The notes under the pieces are model-generated. The model had not been told where the DNA came from. It ran no database searches and worked only from the letters and a program-made list of their open reading frames with translations. A DNA stretch of 64,000 nt, taken from positions 9,369 through 73,368 of IMG/VR virus record IMGVR_UViG_3300032307_000646, one strand, 5' to 3'. Made by a program: the position numbers and the translations under genes. The DNA comes from a virus. Of the stretch, positions 9,999 to 18,224 are shown one piece after another. The stretch's first letter is position 1. Every line of letters starts with the position of its first letter.

Positions 9999-10208
9999 AT
10001 GAAAAACAAAACAAGATACGATGTAATCAGTCCCGATGGGTTCAGCATTCATCACAGCGACACCTACGCAACCAAAGAGGATGCAAGGAACGCGTTTTTT
10101 GATTGGAAGAAACGATTTGAATCACAAGGGTATTATTCATCCAACAACGGACGAATCCCTTTGAGTGAGTTAGAAAATCATTGTAGAATTATAGAAGTAG
10201 AGATATGA
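9999..10208 (+). CDS. hypothetical early protein, probably leaderless
   Basis: ATG 4 nt after the -7 box. Confidence 0.75.
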   Translation: MKNKTRYDVISPDGFSIHHSDTYATKEDARNAFFDWKKRFESQGYYSSNNGRIPLSELENHCRIIEVEI

Positions 10209-10402
10209 AAAATTATTATGTGACAATTATGTCAATTGACCCGAATGACCACTATGGTCGTGAGCAAGGTGATGATAGCCAGAAGTATGGTTATGATGTT
10301 CAAGCCAGAGATAAGAACCATGCCAGCGAGGTTGGTGTTGAGCAGTTCAAAAATCAGCATGGTGATTTACCAATCTTTTGGGTAAAAGTTTCTGAAGATT
10401 AA
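10205..10402 (+). CDS. hypothetical early protein
   Basis: ATGA overlap with the upstream gene. Confidence 0.7.
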   Translation: MKNYYVTIMSIDPNDHYGREQGDDSQKYGYDVQARDKNHASEVGVEQFKNQHGDLPIFWVKVSED

Positions 10403-10453
10403 TTTGGTCAGTAAAGTTTTTTATGTTATCTTTGAAGTAACAAAATAAACAAG

Positions 10454-10666
10454 ATGAAAAAAATTATTGCTTTTTTTAAACGTGGGTTCGAGGACTTGGG
10501 TTATGCTTACTACAACCAACTTTATTTATATGACTGCAAACTTTATTTGGGTTATGTAGTTGTAAGAAACGAGAGGTTTTTTTGGATACCAACATACAAA
10601 CGTGTAGCGGTTTGTTGTGACAAAGAGGAGTTAAATCAAACTTTAAAATTTTTGCGAGAAAATTAG
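10454..10666 (+). CDS. hypothetical early protein
   Basis: ORF after a promoter. Confidence 0.7.
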   Translation: MKKIIAFFKRGFEDLGYAYYNQLYLYDCKLYLGYVVVRNERFFWIPTYKRVAVCCDKEELNQTLKFLREN

Positions 10667-10713
10667 GTCAGTAAACTTTTTTATGTTATCTTTGAAGTAA
10701 CAAAATAAACGAG

Positions 10714-10926
10714 ATGAACGAAGCAATAGAATTAAAGCACCGCCTTGCAATGATCGAGGACGACCTAAAAGTTATTAGAGCATTTATCTATGAGCAGGGG
10801 TTGAATGAAACATTCCAAAAGCCGACACCAATGGCTGACGAGTGTTGGACGCACCTAAACAATATAGAGATTGCTTGTGACCTATCAAATGAGGAATGTT
10901 TGAGTTGGAAATTATTTTCAAAATAA
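10714..10926 (+). CDS. hypothetical early protein
   Basis: ORF after a promoter. Confidence 0.7.
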   Translation: MNEAIELKHRLAMIEDDLKVIRAFIYEQGLNETFQKPTPMADECWTHLNNIEIACDLSNEECLSWKLFSK

Positions 10927-10982
10927 TTTGGTCAGTAAACTTTTTTTCATTATCTTTGAAGTAACAAAATAAACAAAGAGTT

Positions 10983-11315
10983 ATGGCAAAGCGAATCCAA
11001 TTTTCAGAAGTAAAGACCCGTCTTGAAGTTTCAAGTCGTGGTGGTGGAATAGAAATAGACCTAACGCGTTTCGGGTTCAAGGGTGAATTTATGTCAGCGT
11101 ATCAAAACTATTTGGGTGGTGGCTTGTTGGGTAAAGTTTGTGCCAACGATACAATCCGAGCGTACAACAAACCTTGCACACCAAAACAAGCGGAGAAGTT
11201 AGACAAGATAGCGGAGCGTTTAAAACAATACTATCATTTGTTGACTAACCCCGACACCGAGTGGGAAGGTAGCAGTTACGAGGCGAATCAATTAAGACCC
11301 GAATCAAGTTTTTAA
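10983..11315 (+). CDS. hypothetical early protein
   Basis: ORF after a promoter. Confidence 0.8.
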   Translation: MAKRIQFSEVKTRLEVSSRGGGIEIDLTRFGFKGEFMSAYQNYLGGGLLGKVCANDTIRAYNKPCTPKQAEKLDKIAERLKQYYHLLTNPDTEWEGSSYEANQLRPESSF

Positions 11316-11387
11316 AAAAAAGTTTGTAAAAAACTTGCGTGGTAAATTTATTTACCTTATCTTTGAAGTATCAAAAAACAATTAAAC

Positions 11388-11693
11388 ATGGCAACAAAAT
11401 CACAAGAAATTAGAACAGCGTTCGGGTTACTAATCTATAAGGGTGACTACGAGGGAGCACAATGGTCAATCACTGGGTTTCCAAAGGACGAGCAGTTAGC
11501 ACGTCATTTTGAATCAGCATACGACTTTGAGGATTGTATCAAACGCAATGTAAATTGTAGTGGTATAGAGTTCGATAGCGAGTTTAGTCAGTTCTTTGCA
11601 TACGCCAAGACCAAAGCGAGATTGGTATCGTTCGCCAAGCAGATTGAGAAGCACTTTGCAAAGGCGAAAGCGATGACAGAAAAAATGTATTAA
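11388..11693 (+). CDS. hypothetical early protein
   Basis: ORF after a promoter. Confidence 0.8.
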   Translation: MATKSQEIRTAFGLLIYKGDYEGAQWSITGFPKDEQLARHFESAYDFEDCIKRNVNCSGIEFDSEFSQFFAYAKTKARLVSFAKQIEKHFAKAKAMTEKMY

Positions 11694-11750
11694 AAAGTTT
11701 GCACAAGAACTTTTTTATACTTATCTTTGAAGTATCAAAACAATTAAGCG

Positions 11751-12071
11751 ATGGAAAATTTTAATCAAGTATGTGTTTGGGAAGGCACGGTTGTCGGAGC
11801 AGACGATATCAAAACTTTTGAAGATTGGGTTCAAGATGTTTGGGGAGTACGCGCAAAGTATTGCGAAGAAGTATTAACCTTACCAACACCAGGAGTAGAG
11901 GGAACAGGTGGAAGAAACGATTTGTTCTTTCGTATCCACGATGAGGATATCCAAAAGTTCGCAGTACCACGCATCAGTATCGGTGTTCGTTGGTGGGAAG
12001 ATGTTTTGGGTAATGGTAATGAGGAATTGTACCCACAAGGAATTTTGGAAAAATATCCAAAAACTTGGTAA
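11751..12071 (+). CDS. hypothetical early protein
   Basis: ORF after a promoter; GGRNDLFF...RWWEDV. Confidence 0.8.
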   Translation: MENFNQVCVWEGTVVGADDIKTFEDWVQDVWGVRAKYCEEVLTLPTPGVEGTGGRNDLFFRIHDEDIQKFAVPRISIGVRWWEDVLGNGNEELYPQGILEKYPKTW

Positions 12072-12131
12072 AAAAGTTTGGTTGGTAAATAAATTTGTTT
12101 TATCTTTGTTCAACACAAAACAAACAAGTAT

Positions 12132-12443
12132 ATGCAACAAATGTTTTTAAACATCAGAAAGAAAATGGGGTATGTTCCGATGGAAGAATACCTACGAGAA
12201 AAAGAAAATGCTCAAATTTCAAGTATAAGAGATTTTGAGAGAGTAATTCACATATTGAGTTCATCAGTACACGAAGCCCATATCCAAACGGCAGAGAAGT
12301 GTTTTGAGGTATTCAAGAACAAGTGGAACGGCTTATCTTCGGAGATAATGTCCTATAACACCCTAATCTTTGAAAACGAGAGAGAAAAGGTGTTAAACCG
12401 ACTACCGAAGATTAAAGAGAGTGTTAGGTTGTTGCTGACTTGA
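12132..12443 (+). CDS. hypothetical early protein
   Basis: ORF between a promoter and a terminator. Confidence 0.75.
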   Translation: MQQMFLNIRKKMGYVPMEEYLREKENAQISSIRDFERVIHILSSSVHEAHIQTAEKCFEVFKNKWNGLSSEIMSYNTLIFENEREKVLNRLPKIKESVRLLLT

Positions 12444-12536
12444 TACTTGTTTAATTGTGGAGAAGGGGAGCAGAAATGCTCCTCTTTTTTTTGTAAAAAA
12501 CTTGGTCAGTAACTTTTTTACACCTACCTTTGTACT

Positions 12537-12827
12537 ATGGAAAAGAAAGAAGGACGTATTCAGTTTATCGAGAATCAGTTGGAACTGATTAAGGATAGAG
12601 TTTGTGAGATTAAGGGAGAATTAACGACACTTGATTTCCAAATGGAGTTGAGCAAAATTGATGCTAGGTTGTATCGTATGAAGCGTAAAACCTTTATGTA
12701 TGAATTGGAGTTGCTTGACAAGAAAGTTGGTAACCTAAACGCAGAGATTGAAATCTTAAACCTATTTAGAGAAATTGGTATTGAGGTGGAAGAACATTCG
12801 GACGAAGAAGAAAGAATCGCAAAATGA
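12537..12827 (+). CDS. coiled-coil early protein, probably leaderless
   Basis: Heptad pattern; ATG 4 nt after the -7 box. Confidence 0.75.
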   Translation: MEKKEGRIQFIENQLELIKDRVCEIKGELTTLDFQMELSKIDARLYRMKRKTFMYELELLDKKVGNLNAEIEILNLFREIGIEVEEHSDEEERIAK

Positions 12828-13192
12828 AAAAATATATTGTATCCTTATTAATGTTAATGGGGTTGAATGCTTTTGCCCAATCACCTAAACTGAAAATAGT
12901 ATTGTATCCAAACACCGACCTTGAATACGAGTACGCGGTGAAGTTAATGAATGATACTACATTCAGCAAGGACTTTTGTTTTGATATTGTTCGTAAACAT
13001 AAAGACCCATCGTTCCCAGCGCAATACGGAGTTGTTAAAGTTGATTTCGTTTCTTGTGAGGGTGATATCATGGTTGCCAGTTGTCAAGCGAATACAATGC
13101 CCAATAAGAAAGAATTAACATTGTATGCAAATATGTCCTTGACAATTGCCGATGATCCGAAATTAAGAAAAACTACAAAAATATTGTATTAA
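12824..13192 (+). CDS. secreted hypothetical protein
   Basis: Signal peptide ending AFA-Q. Confidence 0.75.
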   Translation: MKKYIVSLLMLMGLNAFAQSPKLKIVLYPNTDLEYEYAVKLMNDTTFSKDFCFDIVRKHKDPSFPAQYGVVKVDFVSCEGDIMVASCQANTMPNKKELTLYANMSLTIADDPKLRKTTKILY

Positions 13193-13254
13193 AAATTTGG
13201 TCGGTAAAGTTTTTTATAGTATATTTGAATTATAAATCAATTAAACAATATACT

Positions 13255-13563
13255 ATGGCAAGCGACAAAATCACAGACGCACTTGGAATCAAAGAGGAAT
13301 GGTGGGATAACAAGGTTGACTCGGTTAAGAAAACTTGGAACAACCACAACGCTATTTCCGATGTTATTCTAACTGAAGCAGAGAACGAGAGAACCGAATC
13401 TTTCGGAGATACGGGAATCAAAGTTTCGGAGTACGAGATTAAGTTGGTCACTATTGGATACATTATCGGTATGGCTAAATCAATTTCGGAAGAACAATCA
13501 GCACCCGAAGCAGAGTTCATAAAGTTTCTTATTGAAATGGCAAAAAAGAAAGGGGGAAAATAA
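13255..13563 (+). CDS. hypothetical early protein (start revised to MASDKI)
   Basis: ATG after a promoter and an A-rich leader. Confidence 0.75.
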   Translation: MASDKITDALGIKEEWWDNKVDSVKKTWNNHNAISDVILTEAENERTESFGDTGIKVSEYEIKLVTIGYIIGMAKSISEEQSAPEAEFIKFLIEMAKKKGGK

Positions 13564-13610
13564 CCCCCTTTTTATTTGGTCAGTAAATTTTTTTATATTA
13601 TCTTTGGGGT

Positions 13611-13808
13611 ATGGAAACAATTAAAAGTTTAGCCCTTATCATCGCAGCGGTTTTAATGGGCGCGTTTGCTTTCAGAGTTGCAAACAATTGGGATATACCA
13701 GTAGACAATCAAATCGCAATGGCTTTGTTCGGTTGCTTCTTTTATACCATTGCTTTTATTATAGCAGTTATTGATATTAAAAATTATTTGAAGAAAGTTG
13801 TAAAATAA
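13611..13808 (+). CDS. small 2-TM membrane protein, probably leaderless
   Basis: Two hydrophobic segments; ATG 4 nt after the -7 box. Confidence 0.75.
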   Translation: METIKSLALIIAAVLMGAFAFRVANNWDIPVDNQIAMALFGCFFYTIAFIIAVIDIKNYLKKVVK

Positions 13809-13866
13809 TTTGGTCAGTAACTTTTTTACACTTATATTTGTATCATAAATCAATTAAACAAATAAT

Positions 13867-14175
13867 ATGAAAAAAGTAGTTTTAATTTTAGCAATGTTCT
13901 TAATCGGTGGAGTAGCAATGGCACAAACAACCACAAACGAAGAACCGAAGAAAGAAACCAAAGCACCGAAGTTGCCTGACGGAATCGAAAAGGGTTTATC
14001 TATTACCTACAATGAAATCGGAGAGTTGATATTCGTTACCAAGAAGAAATCAATCTATTCAGACATTGAAGAGATTAAAAAGTACATTGGTGCAAACTAT
14101 CGAATCTACAACGCATCAGCACCCGAAATTCAACACGAGGGTAAGAAGTGGGTACTTACCTTTAAGAAAAAATAA
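13867..14175 (+). CDS. secreted hypothetical protein
   Basis: Signal peptide ending AMA-Q. Confidence 0.75.
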   Translation: MKKVVLILAMFLIGGVAMAQTTTNEEPKKETKAPKLPDGIEKGLSITYNEIGELIFVTKKKSIYSDIEEIKKYIGANYRIYNASAPEIQHEGKKWVLTFKKK

Positions 14176-14297
14176 TTCTTGTTTAATTAGTTGTGAAGTG
14201 GGGAGCGAAAGTTCCCCATTTTTTTTTGAATAAATCGATCAATTTATTTGCACAATAAAGTTTTTTATATTATCTTTGATATAACAAATTAAACAAG

Positions 14298-14723
14298 ATG
14301 AAAAAGTTATTCCATTACATTATTATATTTTTAGTTATCTATTGGTGTTTTAATAACATTAAGGGGTGTAGTGTACCAGAAGTGGCGAAAGTCCCGCAAA
14401 TCGAAGAACAAGAGCATTTTTGCGGGGATTGTACCGAACCAATAGAAGAGGTTCCACAAGAGCAGTTGGATAGCACAAACGCGAATCTTTGTTACCGACA
14501 ATTAAAGAGTTCAATAATAAGAAACGAAGCCAAAGGAAATACATTTGTTGAGTTAAGAAAAGAGATAGATGTTCAGTCCCCAAGGAGTATTGTTGTTACA
14601 ATATATTACACTATTGTTAATGATAAGAGTGAGAGGGTGAGCAGAAAATGTGTTGGCGTACATAAATTCAATGGTGAGGGTGAGATGAGTATTGTTGATA
14701 TAAAGGATGAAAGAATTTTGTAA
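14298..14723 (+). CDS. membrane-anchored or lipoprotein-like protein
   Basis: N-terminal hydrophobic segment followed by KGC. Confidence 0.7.
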   Translation: MKKLFHYIIIFLVIYWCFNNIKGCSVPEVAKVPQIEEQEHFCGDCTEPIEEVPQEQLDSTNANLCYRQLKSSIIRNEAKGNTFVELRKEIDVQSPRSIVVTIYYTIVNDKSERVSRKCVGVHKFNGEGEMSIVDIKDERIL

Positions 14724-14778
14724 AAAACTTGCACAGTAATTTTTTATATATTATATTTGTATCATAAATCAATTAAAC

Positions 14779-14994
14779 ATGAAAAGAGAATTTAAAGTTA
14801 TCCCGTTTATCCTATCAGTATTAGGGTTGGTTGCAGTAGGTCTTTGTTTGGGTTCATTGTATGAAGTTGGACCAACAACCGAAGTTTTGGTTGGGGTTGT
14901 GTTTGGGTTCATCGCCTTTACATTCATTCTATTATTATCAGTTGGGTTCCCCTTAACAAAAGAGGAAAGAAAAGAAACTGAAATAAAGTGGTAA
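14779..14994 (+). CDS. small 2-TM membrane protein
   Basis: Two hydrophobic segments. Confidence 0.7.
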   Translation: MKREFKVIPFILSVLGLVAVGLCLGSLYEVGPTTEVLVGVVFGFIAFTFILLLSVGFPLTKEERKETEIKW

Positions 14995-15056
14995 AAAAGT
15001 TTGATTGGTAAAGTTTTTTATAGTATCTTTGATATAACAAATTAAACAAAGGTATT

Positions 15057-15233
15057 ATGAAAAACTTTCCCAACATTCTAATGGTGATACTAGTATTAGT
15101 TATAGGTGTCATATTGGTTAATCTTATCATTGAGTTCGGTCTTTGGTTGTTATTACTTATATTCGTTTATCCAATACACGTTCTTATTGTTTTAGTTATT
15201 TTAATGTTTATTTTAAATAAACTTGCACAATAA
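15057..15233 (+). CDS. very hydrophobic membrane peptide, 58 aa (not in ORF track)
   Basis: MKNFPNILMVILVLVIGVILV...; own promoter at about 15000. Confidence 0.65.
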   Translation: MKNFPNILMVILVLVIGVILVNLIIEFGLWLLLLIFVYPIHVLIVLVILMFILNKLAQ

Positions 15234-15277
15234 AGTTTTTTTCATTATCTTTGATATAACAAATTAAACAAATAAGT

Positions 15278-15523
15278 ATGGCAACGAAATTATGGAAGTC
15301 CGAGTATCATTCAGGTGGCTCAATTAGAGTAACAACCGATGAAAAGAAAAAGAAAGTAACCTTTTTAGTAAGCGACCACGAGTATTCATTTGATACAAGT
15401 GATAGTCGAGCAGAAACGAAGATAGACGCGTTCTTATTTGAGGTAACAAGTTCTTACTACGCCGATGAAATAATGAAGTGGGTAAAGAGCAAGATAAACA
15501 TTGAAACCCCAAGTTTTTGGTAA
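15278..15523 (+). CDS. hypothetical early protein
   Basis: ORF between a promoter and a terminator. Confidence 0.75.
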   Translation: MATKLWKSEYHSGGSIRVTTDEKKKKVTFLVSDHEYSFDTSDSRAETKIDAFLFEVTSSYYADEIMKWVKSKINIETPSFW

Positions 15524-15648
15524 AGAGGTTTAATTGTGAGAATCGGGGGCGGAAACGTCCCCTTTTTTTATTTAAAAAAATCGATCGAAATACTTGCACA
15601 ATAAACTTTTTTACATTATCTTTGATATACAATTAAACACAAAGGGTT

Positions 15649-15864
15649 ATGTATAAAATCATTCAAGCAAAATTTTCAAGCAAGTGTGCCAAGAGTGGCA
15701 AACGAATCAAGAAAGGTGATACAATCTTATATGATATCTATAAGAAGTTAGCCTACATTCCTGGCAACGAGCCAAAGGATTATACTTACCAAGACGATGG
15801 TAAAATGGTACAGGCACAGGAGAACGCGTACTTTGATAATTTTTGTCGAGAAAATAATATATAA
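15649..15864 (+). CDS. hypothetical early protein
   Basis: AKF.SKC..SG..I.KGD.I.Y pattern. Confidence 0.7.
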   Translation: MYKIIQAKFSSKCAKSGKRIKKGDTILYDIYKKLAYIPGNEPKDYTYQDDGKMVQAQENAYFDNFCRENNI

Positions 15865-15919
15865 AAAACTTGCACAATAAAAAATAATATATTATCTTTA
15901 ACATATCAAATTAAACGAG

Positions 15920-16117
15920 ATGAAAAAGTTAGTATTATTATTAGTGATAGCGACCACAACATTAGAAGTGAGTGCAAGTGTTGACCAATTCAACAAAGGT
16001 AACGACCCAGGTTTCAATTACAAAAAACATTATAGAAAGGTTAAAAGAACAAAGTTTCTTAATCGTGTCTTTAATTTAAACAATTGTAGACAATACCGAA
16101 GAAACGGATATCTTTAA
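15920..16117 (+). CDS. small secreted cationic peptide
   Basis: Signal peptide plus K/R-rich mature part. Confidence 0.7.
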   Translation: MKKLVLLLVIATTTLEVSASVDQFNKGNDPGFNYKKHYRKVKRTKFLNRVFNLNNCRQYRRNGYL

Positions 16118-16193
16118 AAAAAAGTTGTAAAAAACTTGCACAATAAAATTATTTATATTACTTTTACTCTATAACCAATTAAACAAAAGCAAA

Positions 16194-16385
16194 ATGAAAA
16201 AGTTAGTATTATTATCAGCAGCAGTTTTAGTAGCAGTAGGAACAAGTTTTGCCAACGATGGCGGTAAACTTAAAAGACACAAAAAGAGAGTTAGATACCA
16301 CCAATGCGATGCGTACAAAACACACTACGCACCAATCAAACCCGAGAGACACCGCGGTCATGGTTCATGCGATGCGTATAACTAA
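16194..16385 (+). CDS. small secreted cationic peptide with two CDAY repeats
   Basis: Signal peptide ending SFA; HQCDAY...GSCDAYN. Confidence 0.7.
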   Translation: MKKLVLLSAAVLVAVGTSFANDGGKLKRHKKRVRYHQCDAYKTHYAPIKPERHRGHGSCDAYN

Positions 16386-16479
16386 AAAGAATTAAAAGAG
16401 AGGGGACAAAAAAAGTCCCCTTTTTTTTTGTGATAAACTTGCACAATAAATTTTTTTATATTATCTTTGATATACAATT

Positions 16480-16602
16480 ATGAAAAAGATATTATTATTA
16501 ATCGGAATCGTGGCAGTGCTTATGGCATCTTGCGGAAGTGTTAACCATTCTTGCAGTAAAAGAAGTAAAAACTATTGGCACAACCAACACGCAAATTTTT
16601 AA
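16480..16602 (+). CDS. small lipopeptide, 40 aa (not in ORF track)
   Basis: MKKILLLIGIVAVLMASC-GSVNHSCSKRSKNYWHNQHANF; own promoter. Confidence 0.7.
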   Translation: MKKILLLIGIVAVLMASCGSVNHSCSKRSKNYWHNQHANF

Positions 16603-16676
16603 AAAAAAGTTTACAAAAAACTTGCACAATAAAAAATAATATAGTACATTTACATTATACAATTAAACAAAGAGTT

Positions 16677-16859
16677 ATGAAAAAGTTAGTTTATTTATTA
16701 GTAGTTGTTTTCGCAGTGTCATTAACAACAACAAGTTGTGCAACAAGCAAAGGATGTGGTTACACCAAAGCAGTAAAGTTTAACAAGAAACAAAGCAAGA
16801 AAGCACACAGATACCACAAACGCAGTAGCAGAGGTAACGGAGTTTTCTTAAACTTCTAA
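16677..16859 (+). CDS. small cationic lipopeptide (start revised to MKKLVYLL)
   Basis: Lipobox-like TTSC and K/R-rich tail. Confidence 0.7.
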   Translation: MKKLVYLLVVVFAVSLTTTSCATSKGCGYTKAVKFNKKQSKKAHRYHKRSSRGNGVFLNF

Positions 16860-16987
16860 CAAAGGGAATCAATCAACAAGAGAGGGGGCGAAAGTCCCCT
16901 TTTTTTATTTTAATAATTTCGATCAAATTATTTGGCGGATAAAGTTTTTTATATTACCTTTGAAGTACACAATTAAACAAATAAGAT

Positions 16988-17257
16988 ATGACACAATTTG
17001 AACAAGCAATCGAACAAGTGAGACAAGGTACATTAAAAGCACCATCAGTTTCCATGGGTAACCAATCAATTAATTATTTCAGTTACCAATTATCAGTACA
17101 CCACTTTAACCTTAAAATTATGGCTAGTGGAATGAAGTTTAAAGGTATTACTTTTACTCAGATTAAAAAGTATTACGGACTCAAAGGAAAGAGCGCGAAA
17201 GATTGCTTACCACAATTTGAGCAGATTATGAACGACTACAAACAAGGGGTGCTTTAA
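16988..17257 (+). CDS. hypothetical early protein
   Basis: ORF between a promoter and a terminator. Confidence 0.8.
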   Translation: MTQFEQAIEQVRQGTLKAPSVSMGNQSINYFSYQLSVHHFNLKIMASGMKFKGITFTQIKKYYGLKGKSAKDCLPQFEQIMNDYKQGVL

Positions 17258-17341
17258 GCACCCTTTTTTATTATATAAAATAATTTAAAAATAATCTATA
17301 ATAAATTTGGTGGGGAAAGTTTTTTATATTACCTTTGAATT

Positions 17342-17414
17342 GTCGTTAGGGAACAACGAAGGGCGGGGGTAAAACCACGAAGTAAATCAGAGGTAACTTG
17401 CCCTATATTTTTTT
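17342..17414 (+). ncRNA. candidate small structured early RNA
   Basis: Full promoter at 17306-17337 with no downstream ORF; stems TCGTT/AACGA and AGGGCGGG/CTTGCCCT, then a T-run. Confidence 0.5.
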
Positions 17415-17532
17415 GTTTAACTTTTGCCCCTAAACATTAAACAAAAAAAAATAAAAAAAACTTTACTCAGAATTTGGTGGGAAAGAAAAAAACACTATCT
17501 TTGTATTGTTAAACAATTAAACAATTAAACAA

Positions 17533-18180
17533 ATGGAAAATTTAAGCAACAAACAAGAAGTGATTTTAGCAATCCTAAACACTTACACTAACTTGTCAGT
17601 AGAACAAGTAGAAAACCTAATCAAAGCAACCAACGGCATTGGTGGGGTATCTTTCGTATCGGTTAACGGCTATTCAAGTGATAAGTCAAGCAATACCGAA
17701 GTAGCAAATCAAGTAGTTAACATTGGTGCAAGTTACGGCAATATGTTAACAAAGGATAGCGACATTTACGCTAACTTTGATGTTGCAAGTGTTGATGTAG
17801 ATAAGTTTAACTACGAAACTATTGATACAAACGGCTTGACATTGGAACAATTCAAACAAGCAGTTAAGGAAGCGTTACCAACGGCATTGGAAGAACTTAA
17901 CCAACCGAAAGCGAAAAAAGATACAAGCAACGATGTTTGGTTAAACAAAGCGTTAGTGTTTAACTTTAATACTATGCGTTTGGGTATCTTTGGGCAAAGC
18001 GTTAACAAGGTAGTGGAAACGAAAGGTACTTTTAAGGTGGTTAAGTCAGCACCCAAAACAATCGCAAAGCGTTTGATTGAGAAACAAGCAAAGGGCAAAG
18101 CACAAACCCTACGCCGTTTCGCATTGGATAACTTAATCGGAAGTGTTAAGGTATCGGGCGAAGTAGTGGAAATCGGATAA
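17533..18180 (+). CDS. hypothetical protein, last gene of the early block
   Basis: 215-aa ORF with promoter and terminator. Confidence 0.85.
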   Translation: MENLSNKQEVILAILNTYTNLSVEQVENLIKATNGIGGVSFVSVNGYSSDKSSNTEVANQVVNIGASYGNMLTKDSDIYANFDVASVDVDKFNYETIDTNGLTLEQFKQAVKEALPTALEELNQPKAKKDTSNDVWLNKALVFNFNTMRLGIFGQSVNKVVETKGTFKVVKSAPKTIAKRLIEKQAKGKAQTLRRFALDNLIGSVKVSGEVVEIG

Positions 18181-18224
18181 CCTACAACGAAGATAGGAAA
18201 GGGGCGAAAGCCCCTTTTTTTTGC

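Larger units (their letters stand above)
189..17503. promoter_or_regulatory. Array of about 40 Bacteroidota sigma-A-type early promoters, (T)TTG-N19/20-TAnnTTTG
   Basis: Plus-strand copies start near 1598, 2042, 2847, 3379, 3719, 4135, 4515, 4966, 5673, 6462, 6921, 7880, 8212, 8812, 9185, 9471, 9963, 10403, 10663, 10927, 11335, 11698, 12077, 12502, 13196, 13575, 13809, 14247, 14729, 15000, 15223, 15594, 15870, 16136, 16439, 16622, 16931, 17306, 17473. Minus-strand copies at 189-220, 574-604, 1268-1299, 1528-1558. They match the known -33 TTTG / -7 TAnnTTTG consensus. Confidence 0.9.

Noticed and set aside
189-17503. Regularly recurring ~32-bp repeat suggesting a CRISPR array or integron cassette array
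   Set aside because: The intervening sequences are whole genes of variable length, the repeats are degenerate and match the Bacteroidota promoter consensus, and there is no attC palindrome, cas gene or integrase.
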